Assembly: GCA_965247115.1 (NCBI GenBank)
Contig: CBDFGR010000003.1
Location: 352,001 to 416,000, forward strand
Source of the DNA: Myxococcota bacterium
GTDB lineage: Bacteria > Myxococcota_A > UBA9160 > SZUA-336
Direction of reading: 5' to 3'
Length of the DNA stretch: 64,000 nucleotides
In this document: one piece after another, positions 28,738 to 38,477 of the stretch
How positions within the stretch are numbered: the first letter of the stretch is position 1
Layout of the letters: every line of letters starts with the position of its first letter
Notes under the pieces: model-generated
Seen by the model: only the letters and a program-made list of their open reading frames with translations
The model's database searches: none
Told to the model about the DNA's origin: nothing
Made by a program: the position numbers and the translations under genes

Positions 28738-29133
28738 CTACTCCACCGGCCTGATCCACTCCGTCGCGTGCTGGTGTGGCGCGATGATCTCGAGGAACAC
28801 GAAGTCGTCCGTGTGCTCCACCAGATCGTGGACAATGCCTGCGGGCATGTTCACGCAGGCGCCCGCAGTCACGTCGACTTCGCCGGTGCCCTCGAAGTAG
28901 AACTTGGCCTTCCCCTGGAGCACGTAGAACATCTGGAACGTCACGGCGTGGCGGTGCCGACCCAGATTCTTCGGGCTCTTCTGGGTCGCCGCGAGAACGC
29001 GGGCTTCGAGAGCGCCTTTCGTGGCCCCTGTGAGGCCCAGATCGCGGATCTGAAAGACCCCATCCGGGTCGAAGTTCTCGTACTTCGCATCGTCGGCATG
29101 GCTAACAGATATGTCGGATTGGCTCAGGTCCAT
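28738..29133 (-). CDS. Cupin-domain protein (paralog of 26328-26723)
   Basis: Same MDLSQS start and HRH..FQMFYVL, MPAGIVHDLVEH motifs. Confidence 0.87.
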   Translation of the reverse strand: MDLSQSDISVSHADDAKYENFDPDGVFQIRDLGLTGATKGALEARVLAATQKSPKNLGRHRHAVTFQMFYVLQGKAKFYFEGTGEVDVTAGACVNMPAGIVHDLVEHTDDFVFLEIIAPHQHATEWIRPVE

Positions 29134-29255
29134 GTCGTCCTCCCGTCGTTTGAGAGCGTCATCCTATCATCGGGGGGCCCGTTCGCGGGTATCAACCGCG
29201 CCTCCCCTGCCTGGCTACGGTACACTACCAAGGCCGCGTAGGAGGATTCTAGTCC

Positions 29256-29651
29256 ATGGCAAAGGCTGTCCACACCATGATCCGGGTGTTCGATCTCGAG
29301 CGCTCGACGGCGTTCTACAAGGAGGCGCTCGGGCTCGAGGTGGCGCAGCGCCTCGACTTCGACGACTTCACACTCGTGTATCTGCGCAGCGAAGAGAGCG
29401 ACTTCGAGCTCGAGCTCACGCACAATCACGACCAGCGCGAGCCCTACAGCCACGGTAGCGGCTACGGCCACGTGGCCGTGACCGTGGAGGGCATCGAGTC
29501 GGAGCACCGTCGCCTGCGCGAGGCGGGAGTCTCGCCGGGTGACCTCATAGAGATGAAGCATGAGGGCCAGGCGCTGGCCCGCATCTTCTTCCTCGAGGAC
29601 CCCGACGGCTACAAGATCGAGGTCATCGAGCGCGGCGGCCGCTACGTGTAA
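29256..29651 (+). CDS. VOC/lactoylglutathione lyase family protein
   Basis: HTMIRV, ELELTHN, GYGHVA, DPDGYKIE. Confidence 0.9.
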   Translation: MAKAVHTMIRVFDLERSTAFYKEALGLEVAQRLDFDDFTLVYLRSEESDFELELTHNHDQREPYSHGSGYGHVAVTVEGIESEHRRLREAGVSPGDLIEMKHEGQALARIFFLEDPDGYKIEVIERGGRYV

Positions 29652-29653
29652 CC

Positions 29654-30931
29654 TTGCCTCCGACATCCACCCAGAGCTCCGGTCCAGCGGTAGCAACCAG
29701 CGCAGAACGAGTTGCCGGTAGTCCTGGGCCCGTAGCGGGGCGCAGCGAGGCAGCGGCGTTTCTGAAGCGCATCGACGGCATCTTGCCGTTGCTCAGGGAG
29801 CGGGCCCCGGAAGCGGAAGAGCTTCGTCGGATGCCGGACGAGAGTATCCGCGCAATGACCGACGCCGATGTCTTCCGTGCAGTCCAGCCGAGGCAGTGGG
29901 GCGGATTGGAAATCGATCCTTCGACGTGGTTCGAAGCGGTCGTCCGTGTCGGTTCAGCCTGCGGCTCGAGCGGTTGGATTGCCGGCCTGGTCGGCGGCCA
30001 CGCCTGGCACACCGCCATGTTCCCCCAAGAGGCGCAGCAGGAGGTCTGGGGCGAGAACCCGGACGCCCGCATAGCGACCTCGTTCGCACCGACCGGCAAG
30101 GCCGAGCGGGACAAGGACGGCTTCCACTTGACCGGACGCTGGAGGTTCGTGAGTGGCGTCGATCATTCCGAGTGGGTCGTGCTGGCCGCAGTCCTTCCCG
30201 ACGATGGGGAGGGCCGGGAGTGGAGAAACTTCCTCGTGCCTGCCCGTGATTTCGAGATCGATCAGGACAGCTGGTGCGTAGAAGGCCTGCAGGGAACGGG
30301 AAGCAAGGACGTGACGGTGGACAGCCTGGTACCGGACCATCGCACGCAGACCATCGAGCAGGCCTACACCGCTACGGAGCCGGGCAGGACGGCAAACCCC
30401 GGACCGCTCTTCCAGCTGCCCTGGCTGTCCATGTTCGCCTATGCCGTCGGCGCGGCTGCAATCGGCGCCGCGGTCGGAGCCCTCGAGGAGTTCGTCGAGG
30501 ACAATCGCGACCGCGTCTCCGCATTGATGGGCTTTGCGGCGGTCCAGAATCCCCCCGTCCATGTCCGACTGGCAGAAGCGGCAACGCTCGTAAAGGATGC
30601 CCGAGCACGCATTCCGCGGACCTGGGGAGACTTCTACACCAAAGCTCTAGCAGGGGAGCAGATATCCGACGCGAGTCGGGCTCAGTGCCGCTACGAGGGC
30701 TCTTATGCCGTGGCCGGGTGCCTCAGCGCGGTGATGAAAGTCTTCGAGATCGCTGGCGGCGGGGTGCTCCACAGCGACAAACCGTTTCAGCGCCATCTGC
30801 GAGATCTGATGGCAATGCGCAACCATCCCTTCTGCGTCCCGGAGAACTGGGCAAGTCTCTACTCAACGACTCTGTTTGGCTTGCCACTCCAGATACCCCT
30901 AGATCGCTCGAGCCTGGGGTGCTTGCTCTAG
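29654..30931 (+). CDS. Flavin-dependent monooxygenase, acyl-CoA-dehydrogenase fold (HsaA-like)
   Basis: QPRQWGGLE, CGSSGW, GRWRFVSGVDHSEW, GLQGTGS. Confidence 0.88.
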   Translation: MPPTSTQSSGPAVATSAERVAGSPGPVAGRSEAAAFLKRIDGILPLLRERAPEAEELRRMPDESIRAMTDADVFRAVQPRQWGGLEIDPSTWFEAVVRVGSACGSSGWIAGLVGGHAWHTAMFPQEAQQEVWGENPDARIATSFAPTGKAERDKDGFHLTGRWRFVSGVDHSEWVVLAAVLPDDGEGREWRNFLVPARDFEIDQDSWCVEGLQGTGSKDVTVDSLVPDHRTQTIEQAYTATEPGRTANPGPLFQLPWLSMFAYAVGAAAIGAAVGALEEFVEDNRDRVSALMGFAAVQNPPVHVRLAEAATLVKDARARIPRTWGDFYTKALAGEQISDASRAQCRYEGSYAVAGCLSAVMKVFEIAGGGVLHSDKPFQRHLRDLMAMRNHPFCVPENWASLYSTTLFGLPLQIPLDRSSLGCLL

Positions 30932-30986
30932 AGCAAGAGGCTCAAGGGCCTGTACCGGTCGCGCCGTGTCCTGCGATAATCAGCGC

Positions 30987-32156
30987 ATGAAGTTCATGTT
31001 GCAACTCATTCCGACGATTCCGGCCTCACCGGTCGAGCGCGAGCGACTGCGGCCGATTGCTCATCGGACCGACAAGATCCAGCAGATGCTGGATGAGATG
31101 GTGGATCTGGCCCAGCTGAGCGAAGACGTGGGGTTCTCGGCGGTGACCTACTCCGAGCACCACTTCTACACCGAAGGGCTGGAGGCTGGGGCCACGCCCA
31201 TTCCGCATCTGCTTCATCTCGCCTCGAAGACCAAGCGCATCAAGGTCGGGCCGGTGGGATTCGTCCTGCCGACCTGGGACCCGATCCGCCTGGCGGAGGA
31301 TGTGGCGTGGGCAGACCAGATCACCAGAGGCCGGGTGATCGTGGGTCTGGCGCGTGGCGTATTTCCCCGTTGGGTCAACGTGCTGGGGCAGCACTATCAC
31401 GCACAGCCTGGGGTGCTGGGACCCGAAGCGGAGCAGCACAATCGAGAGGTCTTCGAGGAGCTCTTCCAGGTCATGAAGCTGGCCTGGGGAGAGGAGCCAT
31501 TTTCCTTCAAGGGCAACTACTACCAGGTGCCCTATCCCGCTGAGGGCCATGAGTGGTTGCCGCGCGAGACCACAGCCAAGTATGGCGCACCGGGCGAACT
31601 GGACGAACGCGGCTGGCTGCGCAAGATCTCGCCGGTGCCCAAGCCATACCAGAAGCCTCATCCACCCCTCTTTCAAGCCATGACGACCAACGAGGAGACC
31701 ATCCGCTGGGCAGCCAGGGAAGGAGTGGTACCGATCGTTTTCCTGCCGTTTCCCGAGCTAGCCATCAAAGGGGCAGAGCTCTACCGCGAAGAGGCGGCCA
31801 AGGCCGGCCACTCGCTCAAGAGGGGGGAGAACGTTGGCCTCGCGCGGCTGCTCTACCTTGGCGACACACGGGAGGAGGCGATGGATCGCGCGCGCAGAGG
31901 CTCGATCTTTCTCTTCAGTCGCTTCCACGCGAAGTTCTACCCGCAGATCCCGACGACCGTTGAGCCGCTGATCGAGGCGGGCATTGCCTTTGTTGGCACC
32001 GTGGATGACGTGCGCCGGCAGATGGAGGCGGTGCAGGAGAAGATGAACCCCGAGTGGTTCATGATCATCTCGGACCAGGGTTTCTTGCCGCTGCACGAGG
32101 TGAAGAAGCAGATGGAGATGTTCGGCACAAAAGTGATGCCGGAGTTCATGGGATAG
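30987..32156 (+). CDS. LLM-class flavin-dependent monooxygenase
   Basis: SEHHF, DPIRLAED, PKPYQKPHPP. Confidence 0.9.
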   Translation: MKFMLQLIPTIPASPVERERLRPIAHRTDKIQQMLDEMVDLAQLSEDVGFSAVTYSEHHFYTEGLEAGATPIPHLLHLASKTKRIKVGPVGFVLPTWDPIRLAEDVAWADQITRGRVIVGLARGVFPRWVNVLGQHYHAQPGVLGPEAEQHNREVFEELFQVMKLAWGEEPFSFKGNYYQVPYPAEGHEWLPRETTAKYGAPGELDERGWLRKISPVPKPYQKPHPPLFQAMTTNEETIRWAAREGVVPIVFLPFPELAIKGAELYREEAAKAGHSLKRGENVGLARLLYLGDTREEAMDRARRGSIFLFSRFHAKFYPQIPTTVEPLIEAGIAFVGTVDDVRRQMEAVQEKMNPEWFMIISDQGFLPLHEVKKQMEMFGTKVMPEFMG

Positions 32157-32196
32157 AGCGAACAGGAACCTCGCATCGGCATCTGGAGGGATCGAC

Positions 32197-33936
32197 ATGT
32201 CCAGCACCCCGAACGACGGCCACTACTCCGTGGTGTGGCCGCGCGGTCAGGCGACTGCAGGCATCACGCCGCTCGCAAAGCGACTGGACTCGCTCGAGGG
32301 CAAGACCGTAGCCGAGCTCTGGGACTACGTGTTCCGTGGCGACGAGATCTTCCCGCTGCTACGCGACGCACTCCGCGAGCGCCACCCCGGCGTGCGCTTC
32401 GTGGCCTACGAGGAGTTCGGCTCCACGCACGGCGAGCGAGAGCGCGAGCTTATCGAGGCCCTCCCGACTCGCCTACGCGAGCTCGGGGCGGACGCCGTCA
32501 TCTCCGGAATGGGCTGCTGAGGTAGCTGCACGCCCGCCGTGATGCGGGCAAGCGCCGCGGCCGAGGCCGCCGGAGTGCCGAGCTCCTCGCTCGTCTGTGA
32601 GGGGTTCCTCGGTCAGGCGGCCGCGACGTCGGTCGGGCTCGGCACGCCGAACCTCCCCGTCGCGCTCGTGCCAGGCCACGTCGACGGTCAGACCGAGGAG
32701 GAGCTGCGCAGTAACGTGCTCGGGGTGACGCTCGACGCGGTCGTCGAGAACCTCACCGCCGACGTCGGCGCGGCGGTCGCAAGCGATGAGCCCGCGCCCG
32801 AAGACATCGTTCTCGAGGGGTCGTTCGAGGAGGTGAATCGGCGCTTCTGCGACGAGCGCTGGAGCGACGGCTTGCCGGTCGTCCCTCCAACACCGGAGCG
32901 TGTAAAAGCCTTCCTCGAGTTCACCAACCGGGAGCCCCACTCGTCCCTCGGCATCCTGCTCCCCGATAGCCGGCGCGCAACGGCCTGGAACGTTGCCGTG
33001 AACGGTGTCATGGCGGGCTGCCGACCCGAGTACATGCCGATTCTGGTCGCGCTCGCGGAGGCGATGGCCGATCCCGGCTACGGGGTGGAGCACAGCGGAA
33101 ACACGCCAGGCTCCGACACGCTGATCGTGCTGAACGGCCCCATCATCAAAGAGCTCGGGTTCAACTTCGAACAGGGCGCGCTGCGCGACGGCTTTCAGCC
33201 CAACACGTCGGTCGGGCGCTTCTGGCGCCTGTACCTGCGCAACGTCGCGGGGTTCCTGCCGCACGAGACCGACAAGGGCACCTACGGGAACACGTGGCGG
33301 GTCGTGCTGGCCGAGAACGAGGGCGCGCTCGCCCGGCTCGGCTGGCCTCCACTCAGCGCCGACCTCGGCTTCGCGGCCGGCGAGAACGCCGTGACCATCT
33401 CGCGCTTCACCGGAGGCGACGTGATCGTATCGGCGTTCGGCAGCTCGGCCGAGGAGATCCTGCCGTACCTTGCCGACGGCGTCCTGAAGCAGTATGGCTG
33501 GCAGGTCGTCTTCACCGTCGGCCTCGCGAACGGGACGCTGCGACCCTTGCTGGTGTTGAGCCCAGTCCTGGCCGAGACGATAGCCAGGTCCGGTTTCTCG
33601 AAGCGCGACGTGAAGCAGTACCTGTTCGACCACGCGCGCATGCCCGCCGAGAAGTTCGAGCGCTACATGGGCGCCTACACGAACCTCGTGCCGGGACGCC
33701 GCAAACTCCACGACCTGGCCCAAGCGGGAAAGGCCGCGCCGGTCTTTGGCGAGAGCGACGACCCCGCGCGCCTCGTGCCCATCGTCAGCGACCCCGACCA
33801 CTTCATGATCGCCGTGACCGGCGACCCGCTCCGCACCAACGCCTACGCGTTCTCGCACAACGGCCGACTCGGCTTTCCGACCGCGAAGCGCATCGACCTG
33901 CCCCGAGACTGGAACGCCAAGCTCGCGGCGGCCTGA
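32197..33936 (+). CDS. UGSC-family selenoprotein (in-frame TGA 32518-32520 read as Sec), 579 aa
   Basis: ORFs 32197-32520 and 32539-33936 share a frame; readthrough gives GMGC-U-GSCTPAV; hairpin follows the TGA; downstream WSDGLPVVPPT domain. Confidence 0.88.
32525..32553 (+). promoter_or_regulatory. Candidate bacterial SECIS element
   Basis: GCCCGC-CGTGAT-GCGGGC stem-loop (32532-32549) starting 12 nt after the UGA, with lower GCT/AGC pairing. Confidence 0.6.
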
Positions 33937-34132
33937 GAACCCTTCCACGCGGGCGTCGTCGCGAATTCCTGTTCATCAACGCCACCTTGGAGCCATGAGC
34001 TCTAAGGTGGCTCACGCCATGCACAGGGATCCCACAATGCACCCCAGATGTGCTTCTATCTCGGGCGTGTTTGGCGTAGGATTTGGTGACTACTGCAACC
34101 AGAGCTTGGCTCAGACCCAAAGGAGGCCAGTT

Positions 34133-34606
34133 GTGAGTCCATCATCAGGGGCGGAATTCGAGAAGCTAGCCCCAGTCGGGGGACGGTACGTCCAGGTAGA
34201 CAGCATGGAGTGGGCGCCCTTTCCCGAGGCTCTCAGTAACGGTCCAATCAGGTGGAAGCTTCTGAACGTTTCTCCCGAGATGGGTGCTTGGACGGCAATC
34301 TTCGACTGTCCCGCCGGATCCTCGTTTGCACGGCACGTGCACATCGGGCCGGGTGAGTATTTCTTCATCAAGGGAAAAATGACAGTACGGGGCGGAGACG
34401 AGGAAGGTGGGTCGACAGCGGAAGGTCTCGGGTACGGTTACGAAGCATGCAACGCTCGCCACGACCAGACCTACTTCCTGGAAGACAGCCAGTTCTACAT
34501 GACCTTCCTGGGCCCATTGAACTTCATTGATGAAGATGGCAACACGCTCGCCCTGGTGACCTGGCAGGCAGCACAGGCAGCCTGGAACGCGTCGCAGTCT
34601 GGGTAG
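34133..34606 (+). CDS. Cupin (2,4'-dihydroxyacetophenone dioxygenase/ChrR-like)
   Basis: GTG after AGGAGG; HVH..PGEY, YGYE..ARHD. Confidence 0.85.
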   Translation: MSPSSGAEFEKLAPVGGRYVQVDSMEWAPFPEALSNGPIRWKLLNVSPEMGAWTAIFDCPAGSSFARHVHIGPGEYFFIKGKMTVRGGDEEGGSTAEGLGYGYEACNARHDQTYFLEDSQFYMTFLGPLNFIDEDGNTLALVTWQAAQAAWNASQSG

Positions 34607-34682
34607 CGCAGCTACGACCAGCACGGCGAAGCCGAGCGCCGACATCGGCAGGCGTGATGTTCTGAGGACGGGCGGAGCAGCC

Positions 34683-36164
34683 TTGCTTGCCCTGGCGGGC
34701 TTTCCCCATGCCCTGCTTGCGAAATCGGGCGCCCGATCCATGTCTCACGACGAGATCATCCGGATGGGTCTCGTGGATGGGGTGAGTGCACTCAGGTCGG
34801 GAAAGCTCTCTTGCGTGGACTATTGCTCGGCGGCTCTCCTGCAGGCAGACAAATTCGAAAGCTACAACATCTTCACTCAGATCTCTCCCGAGTACGTACA
34901 GGGCGCTGCCACCATCGTGGATACCAAGAGAAGAGAAGGCCAGGCCGTGGGCGCGCTCCAGGGTGTGCCCTATGCCCTGAAAGACAGCGTGGATATGGTC
35001 GAGTACTACACGATCTCCGGACATCCCTCGCTCTCGACCTTCGAGCCGTTGCTGGACGCCGATCTGGTCAAGATCTACAAGGAGGCTGACGCGATCTGCA
35101 TCGGCAAGACTCAGATTCCCGCGTTGTCTTTGTGGTGGACGACGGAGAACCCCATGACCGGTGATACGGGCAACCCGTTCAACCACGCCTACAAGACCGG
35201 CGGCAGCAGCGGCGGTTCCGGGGCAGCGGTCGCGGCACGCATCGTCCCCTTCGCAGTCGCAGAGGACACGGGTGGCTCGGTGCGGGTGCCAGCCGCCATG
35301 AACGGCGTGCAAGGACTGCGGCCAACGACGGGGCGCTGGCCGACGGCGGGCACGATGCCCCTTGCCTTCTCCGATACGCTCGGTCCGGTCGCTCGCTCCG
35401 TGGCCGACATCAAGCTTCTGGACAGCGTCTGCGCCGTGGATCGGCCGATGAACGGGCCCGGGAGACGGGATCTCAAAAAGCTGCGGATCGGCTATCAGAA
35501 GGCTGGCTTCCTCGCCGAGAACCACCCTTGGGTGCAGGAAAACACCGACCAGACCATGAGCACGCTGTCCCGGGCAGGTGCGAGCCTGGTGGAAATCAGT
35601 GGCTTACCGGCGGCAGAGATCTACGACGTCGTCCTCGCCATGCTGGCGGCCGACTTTCCAGCGTCGGTGGCGCACTACTTCAACCGTCACGGCATCTACG
35701 ACCGTTCGGGTTTCGAATTGATGCACGAGCTTCACATGGACGGTCTGAAGCAAGCCTGGCTGACCGATATGAACAACGCGGCCAGGGGGGAGGCCTATTT
35801 CGATCTCGTGATGCAAGTGGCGGAGGCCCGCAAGACCTATCAAAGGGTCATGAGCGAGAACGAGCTAGACCTCCTGATGTACCCGACCAGCAAGGTCCCC
35901 AATACGCCCAACGATGGCGGGGACGTGATGGAGAGCGTGGGCCCGCTGGGGGAGATGCTTCCCGAGCTATCGATTGGAGCAAATATGCTGTTCGCGCCCG
36001 CGATGAGAACGCCATCCATCTCGATGTACTCGGGCATGGACAAGGCCGGGCTGCCACTTTCCGTCACCTTCGACGGATACAGCGGTCAGGATCGCCGGCT
36101 GCTCGATATCGCGGAAGCCATCGAGACCGTGCTCCCACCCCTGGCAGAACCCAAGTCCCTGTGA
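34683..36164 (+). CDS. Amidase-signature family amidase, probably Tat-exported; start uncertain
   Basis: LKDS, GGSSGGSG, EDTGGSVRVP; in-frame RRDVL upstream of the called start. Confidence 0.88.
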   Translation: MLALAGFPHALLAKSGARSMSHDEIIRMGLVDGVSALRSGKLSCVDYCSAALLQADKFESYNIFTQISPEYVQGAATIVDTKRREGQAVGALQGVPYALKDSVDMVEYYTISGHPSLSTFEPLLDADLVKIYKEADAICIGKTQIPALSLWWTTENPMTGDTGNPFNHAYKTGGSSGGSGAAVAARIVPFAVAEDTGGSVRVPAAMNGVQGLRPTTGRWPTAGTMPLAFSDTLGPVARSVADIKLLDSVCAVDRPMNGPGRRDLKKLRIGYQKAGFLAENHPWVQENTDQTMSTLSRAGASLVEISGLPAAEIYDVVLAMLAADFPASVAHYFNRHGIYDRSGFELMHELHMDGLKQAWLTDMNNAARGEAYFDLVMQVAEARKTYQRVMSENELDLLMYPTSKVPNTPNDGGDVMESVGPLGEMLPELSIGANMLFAPAMRTPSISMYSGMDKAGLPLSVTFDGYSGQDRRLLDIAEAIETVLPPLAEPKSL

Positions 36165-36200
36165 CGAGGCCTTCGCGCGCCTAGCGGGCCTTTTCTTCCG

Positions 36201-36230
36201 TTGACAGGACTTCGTCGGACGGCATAGCGT
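36201..36230 (+). promoter_or_regulatory. Possible sigma70 promoter
   Basis: TTGACA-N18-TAGCGT just after a terminator-like AGGCC...GGCCT-TTT. Confidence 0.4.
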
Positions 36231-36254
36231 GTCAGGATAACCAGGAGAACCCCC

Positions 36255-37154
36255 ATGCAAATCGAGAAAATCGAGTTTCCCAGCGGCCCAGGCCGCTGCG
36301 CCGGCGACCTCTACCTCCCGGACAACGGCGGAAGTGGACAACCGGCCATCGTGATCGGACACGGCTTCAGCTTCGTCAAAGAAGCGCTCGGCGAGGAGGG
36401 AAAGCGCTTCTCGGAGGCGGGGTTCGTCACCCTGGCCATCGACTACCGCAGCTTCGGCGAAAGTCCCGGCGAGCCCCGCGGACAGCTCTTCCCGCTGAAC
36501 CAGGTCGAGGACTATCGCAACGCGATCAGCTACCTCGAGACCCGGGACGAGGTCGATTCCGACCGCATCGGGATCTGGGGGACGAGCTTTGGTGGCGCGA
36601 CGGTGATCTACACCGGCGGCGTCGAGCTCCGCGCCAAAGCGGTGGTGGCCCAGGTCCCGGTGGTGAACGGCCGCCGCTGGATGCAGGCCCTTCGCGTCAG
36701 CGACACATGGATCGAGCTGCAGAACGCGTTGGTCGAGGATCGCCGCGAGCGGTTCCGGAGCGGCAAGGGCGCACGCGTACGCGCCGCCCGCCTCCCGTCC
36801 GACGGCGAGGTGTGCGCGATGCAGGTGGATAGCCAGATCATGGGGTTCCTCGAGGAAGCCCAGAAGAACCTCAAGACCTGGCGGCCGGACATCACGCTCG
36901 AGTCCGTCGAGAAGGTGATCGAATTCGTTCCCGAAAGCGTGATCCACCAGATCGCGCCTCGTCCGCTGCTGATCGTCGCGACGGCGGGGTACGACATGAT
37001 CCACCCGATGGACCAGCTGCTCGAGGCCTACCAGAAGGCCCAGGAACCCAAGCGCCTTGCGCTGCTTCCCTACGATCAAACCGGACTCTACTCGGATCCG
37101 GGGCTAGGCGAAGCGATGGGTGAAGCCATCGGGTGGTTCCAGAAGTACCTGTAG
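36255..37154 (+). CDS. Alpha/beta hydrolase, copy 1
   Basis: HGF, DYRSFGES, WGTSFGG. Confidence 0.9.
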   Translation: MQIEKIEFPSGPGRCAGDLYLPDNGGSGQPAIVIGHGFSFVKEALGEEGKRFSEAGFVTLAIDYRSFGESPGEPRGQLFPLNQVEDYRNAISYLETRDEVDSDRIGIWGTSFGGATVIYTGGVELRAKAVVAQVPVVNGRRWMQALRVSDTWIELQNALVEDRRERFRSGKGARVRAARLPSDGEVCAMQVDSQIMGFLEEAQKNLKTWRPDITLESVEKVIEFVPESVIHQIAPRPLLIVATAGYDMIHPMDQLLEAYQKAQEPKRLALLPYDQTGLYSDPGLGEAMGEAIGWFQKYL

Positions 37155-37261
37155 TCTTCGGCCTCTCGCCCCGCTGCATCGTCTGAACTTCGAAAGCCAG
37201 CGGGAAAACTGCGCTACGACGCCGGCCGACGCCTTGTCGGACCGGATTGGAGGAGGTCTGC

Positions 37262-38440
37262 ATGCCTATCACCGCCGACGAGCTGCTCACCAGCGACGGC
37301 CTGTATCCGCGCTTCAGCGACGCGGAGTTCAGCCGGCGCCACGCCGCTGCCCGCAAACAGATGGAGCAGCACGACGTCGATGCCATAATCACCTACGGCC
37401 ACACGTTCCTGCACAACGAGATCCAGTGGATGTGCAACTGGGAGACCTCCTGGGAGGGTGCCCTCGTCTTCCCTGGCGAAGGCGATCCCACGCTCTTCGT
37501 CCATTTCTACAACCACATTCCGCTGGCCCGCAGGCTCTCCATCTTCCCTGACATCCGCTGGTTCGGCGCCGACCTAGGGCAGGGGATCGCCGACGCTCTG
37601 GACGAGAAGCGGCAGCGGCCTCGGCGGATCGGGGTCGCGGGTCCCATTACGCACGAGCGCTGGTGCAACATCGACGCCGCCCTCCCCAATGTCGAGCTGG
37701 TCGACTTCACCGCCGAGATGGCGGATCTGCGCCTGATCAAGAGCGATGAGGAGATCGCCATCCTGCAACGCGCCGCAGAGTTGACCGACCGAACCGTGCA
37801 GGCGCTGGAGCGGGAGGTCCAGCCGGGCATGACCGAGCACAAGCTGACCGAGATCGTTCAGGCGTCCTATCTCGAGCACGGCGGGCGCAACCTCATTCAC
37901 TACATGGGATCCACGCCCATGCGCGACCCCCAGGTGCCCGTACCCGCGCAGTGGCAGTCGAACCGGGTCCTGCAGAAGGGCGACGTGCTGATCACGGAGA
38001 TCAGCACGCTTTATCACGGCTACTGGGCGCAGGTCCTCCGTCCGTTCACGATCGGGGAACCCCCAACCCCCGAGTACCAGCATATCTACGACGTGGCCGA
38101 GGAGATCTTCCGGCGCTGCTGCGCCACGATTCGGCCCGGTGCCACCGTCGAAGACGTGCTGGACCAGGTCCAGTACCTGCACGATCAGGGGTACACGATC
38201 CGGGACGAGATCGTGCACGGCTTCATGGGCACCTGGACTCCGATGGTCCGCACCCGGGATACCAATCCCAAGCCGCACCCGCCGTACACGTTCGTGGAGG
38301 GCCAGACGGTCGTGATACAGCCGGCCATCGTCACCGAAGACGACACTCGCGGCGTGCAGGTGGGCGAGGCGGTTCGTGTCACCGCGACGGGGGTCGAGTC
38401 ATTTCACCACTACCCGCTGCGCTTCACGCAAATCGGCTGA
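37262..38440 (+). CDS. M24 (pita-bread) family hydrolase with a non-canonical metal site
   Basis: FSDAEFSRR, RLIKSDEEI, HG motif; ligand positions altered. Confidence 0.85.
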   Translation: MPITADELLTSDGLYPRFSDAEFSRRHAAARKQMEQHDVDAIITYGHTFLHNEIQWMCNWETSWEGALVFPGEGDPTLFVHFYNHIPLARRLSIFPDIRWFGADLGQGIADALDEKRQRPRRIGVAGPITHERWCNIDAALPNVELVDFTAEMADLRLIKSDEEIAILQRAAELTDRTVQALEREVQPGMTEHKLTEIVQASYLEHGGRNLIHYMGSTPMRDPQVPVPAQWQSNRVLQKGDVLITEISTLYHGYWAQVLRPFTIGEPPTPEYQHIYDVAEEIFRRCCATIRPGATVEDVLDQVQYLHDQGYTIRDEIVHGFMGTWTPMVRTRDTNPKPHPPYTFVEGQTVVIQPAIVTEDDTRGVQVGEAVRVTATGVESFHHYPLRFTQIG

Positions 38441-38477
38441 GCCTGCGACCACGACGGCTCACCCGTCAGAGATCCGG

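Noticed and set aside
32539..33936. Independent 465-aa gene
   Set aside because: No RBS, and it is in frame with the upstream ORF across a UGSC motif; better explained by Sec readthrough.
34072..34088. Sigma54-like TGGCGTAGGATTTGG
   Set aside because: The near-invariant -12 GC is GG here.
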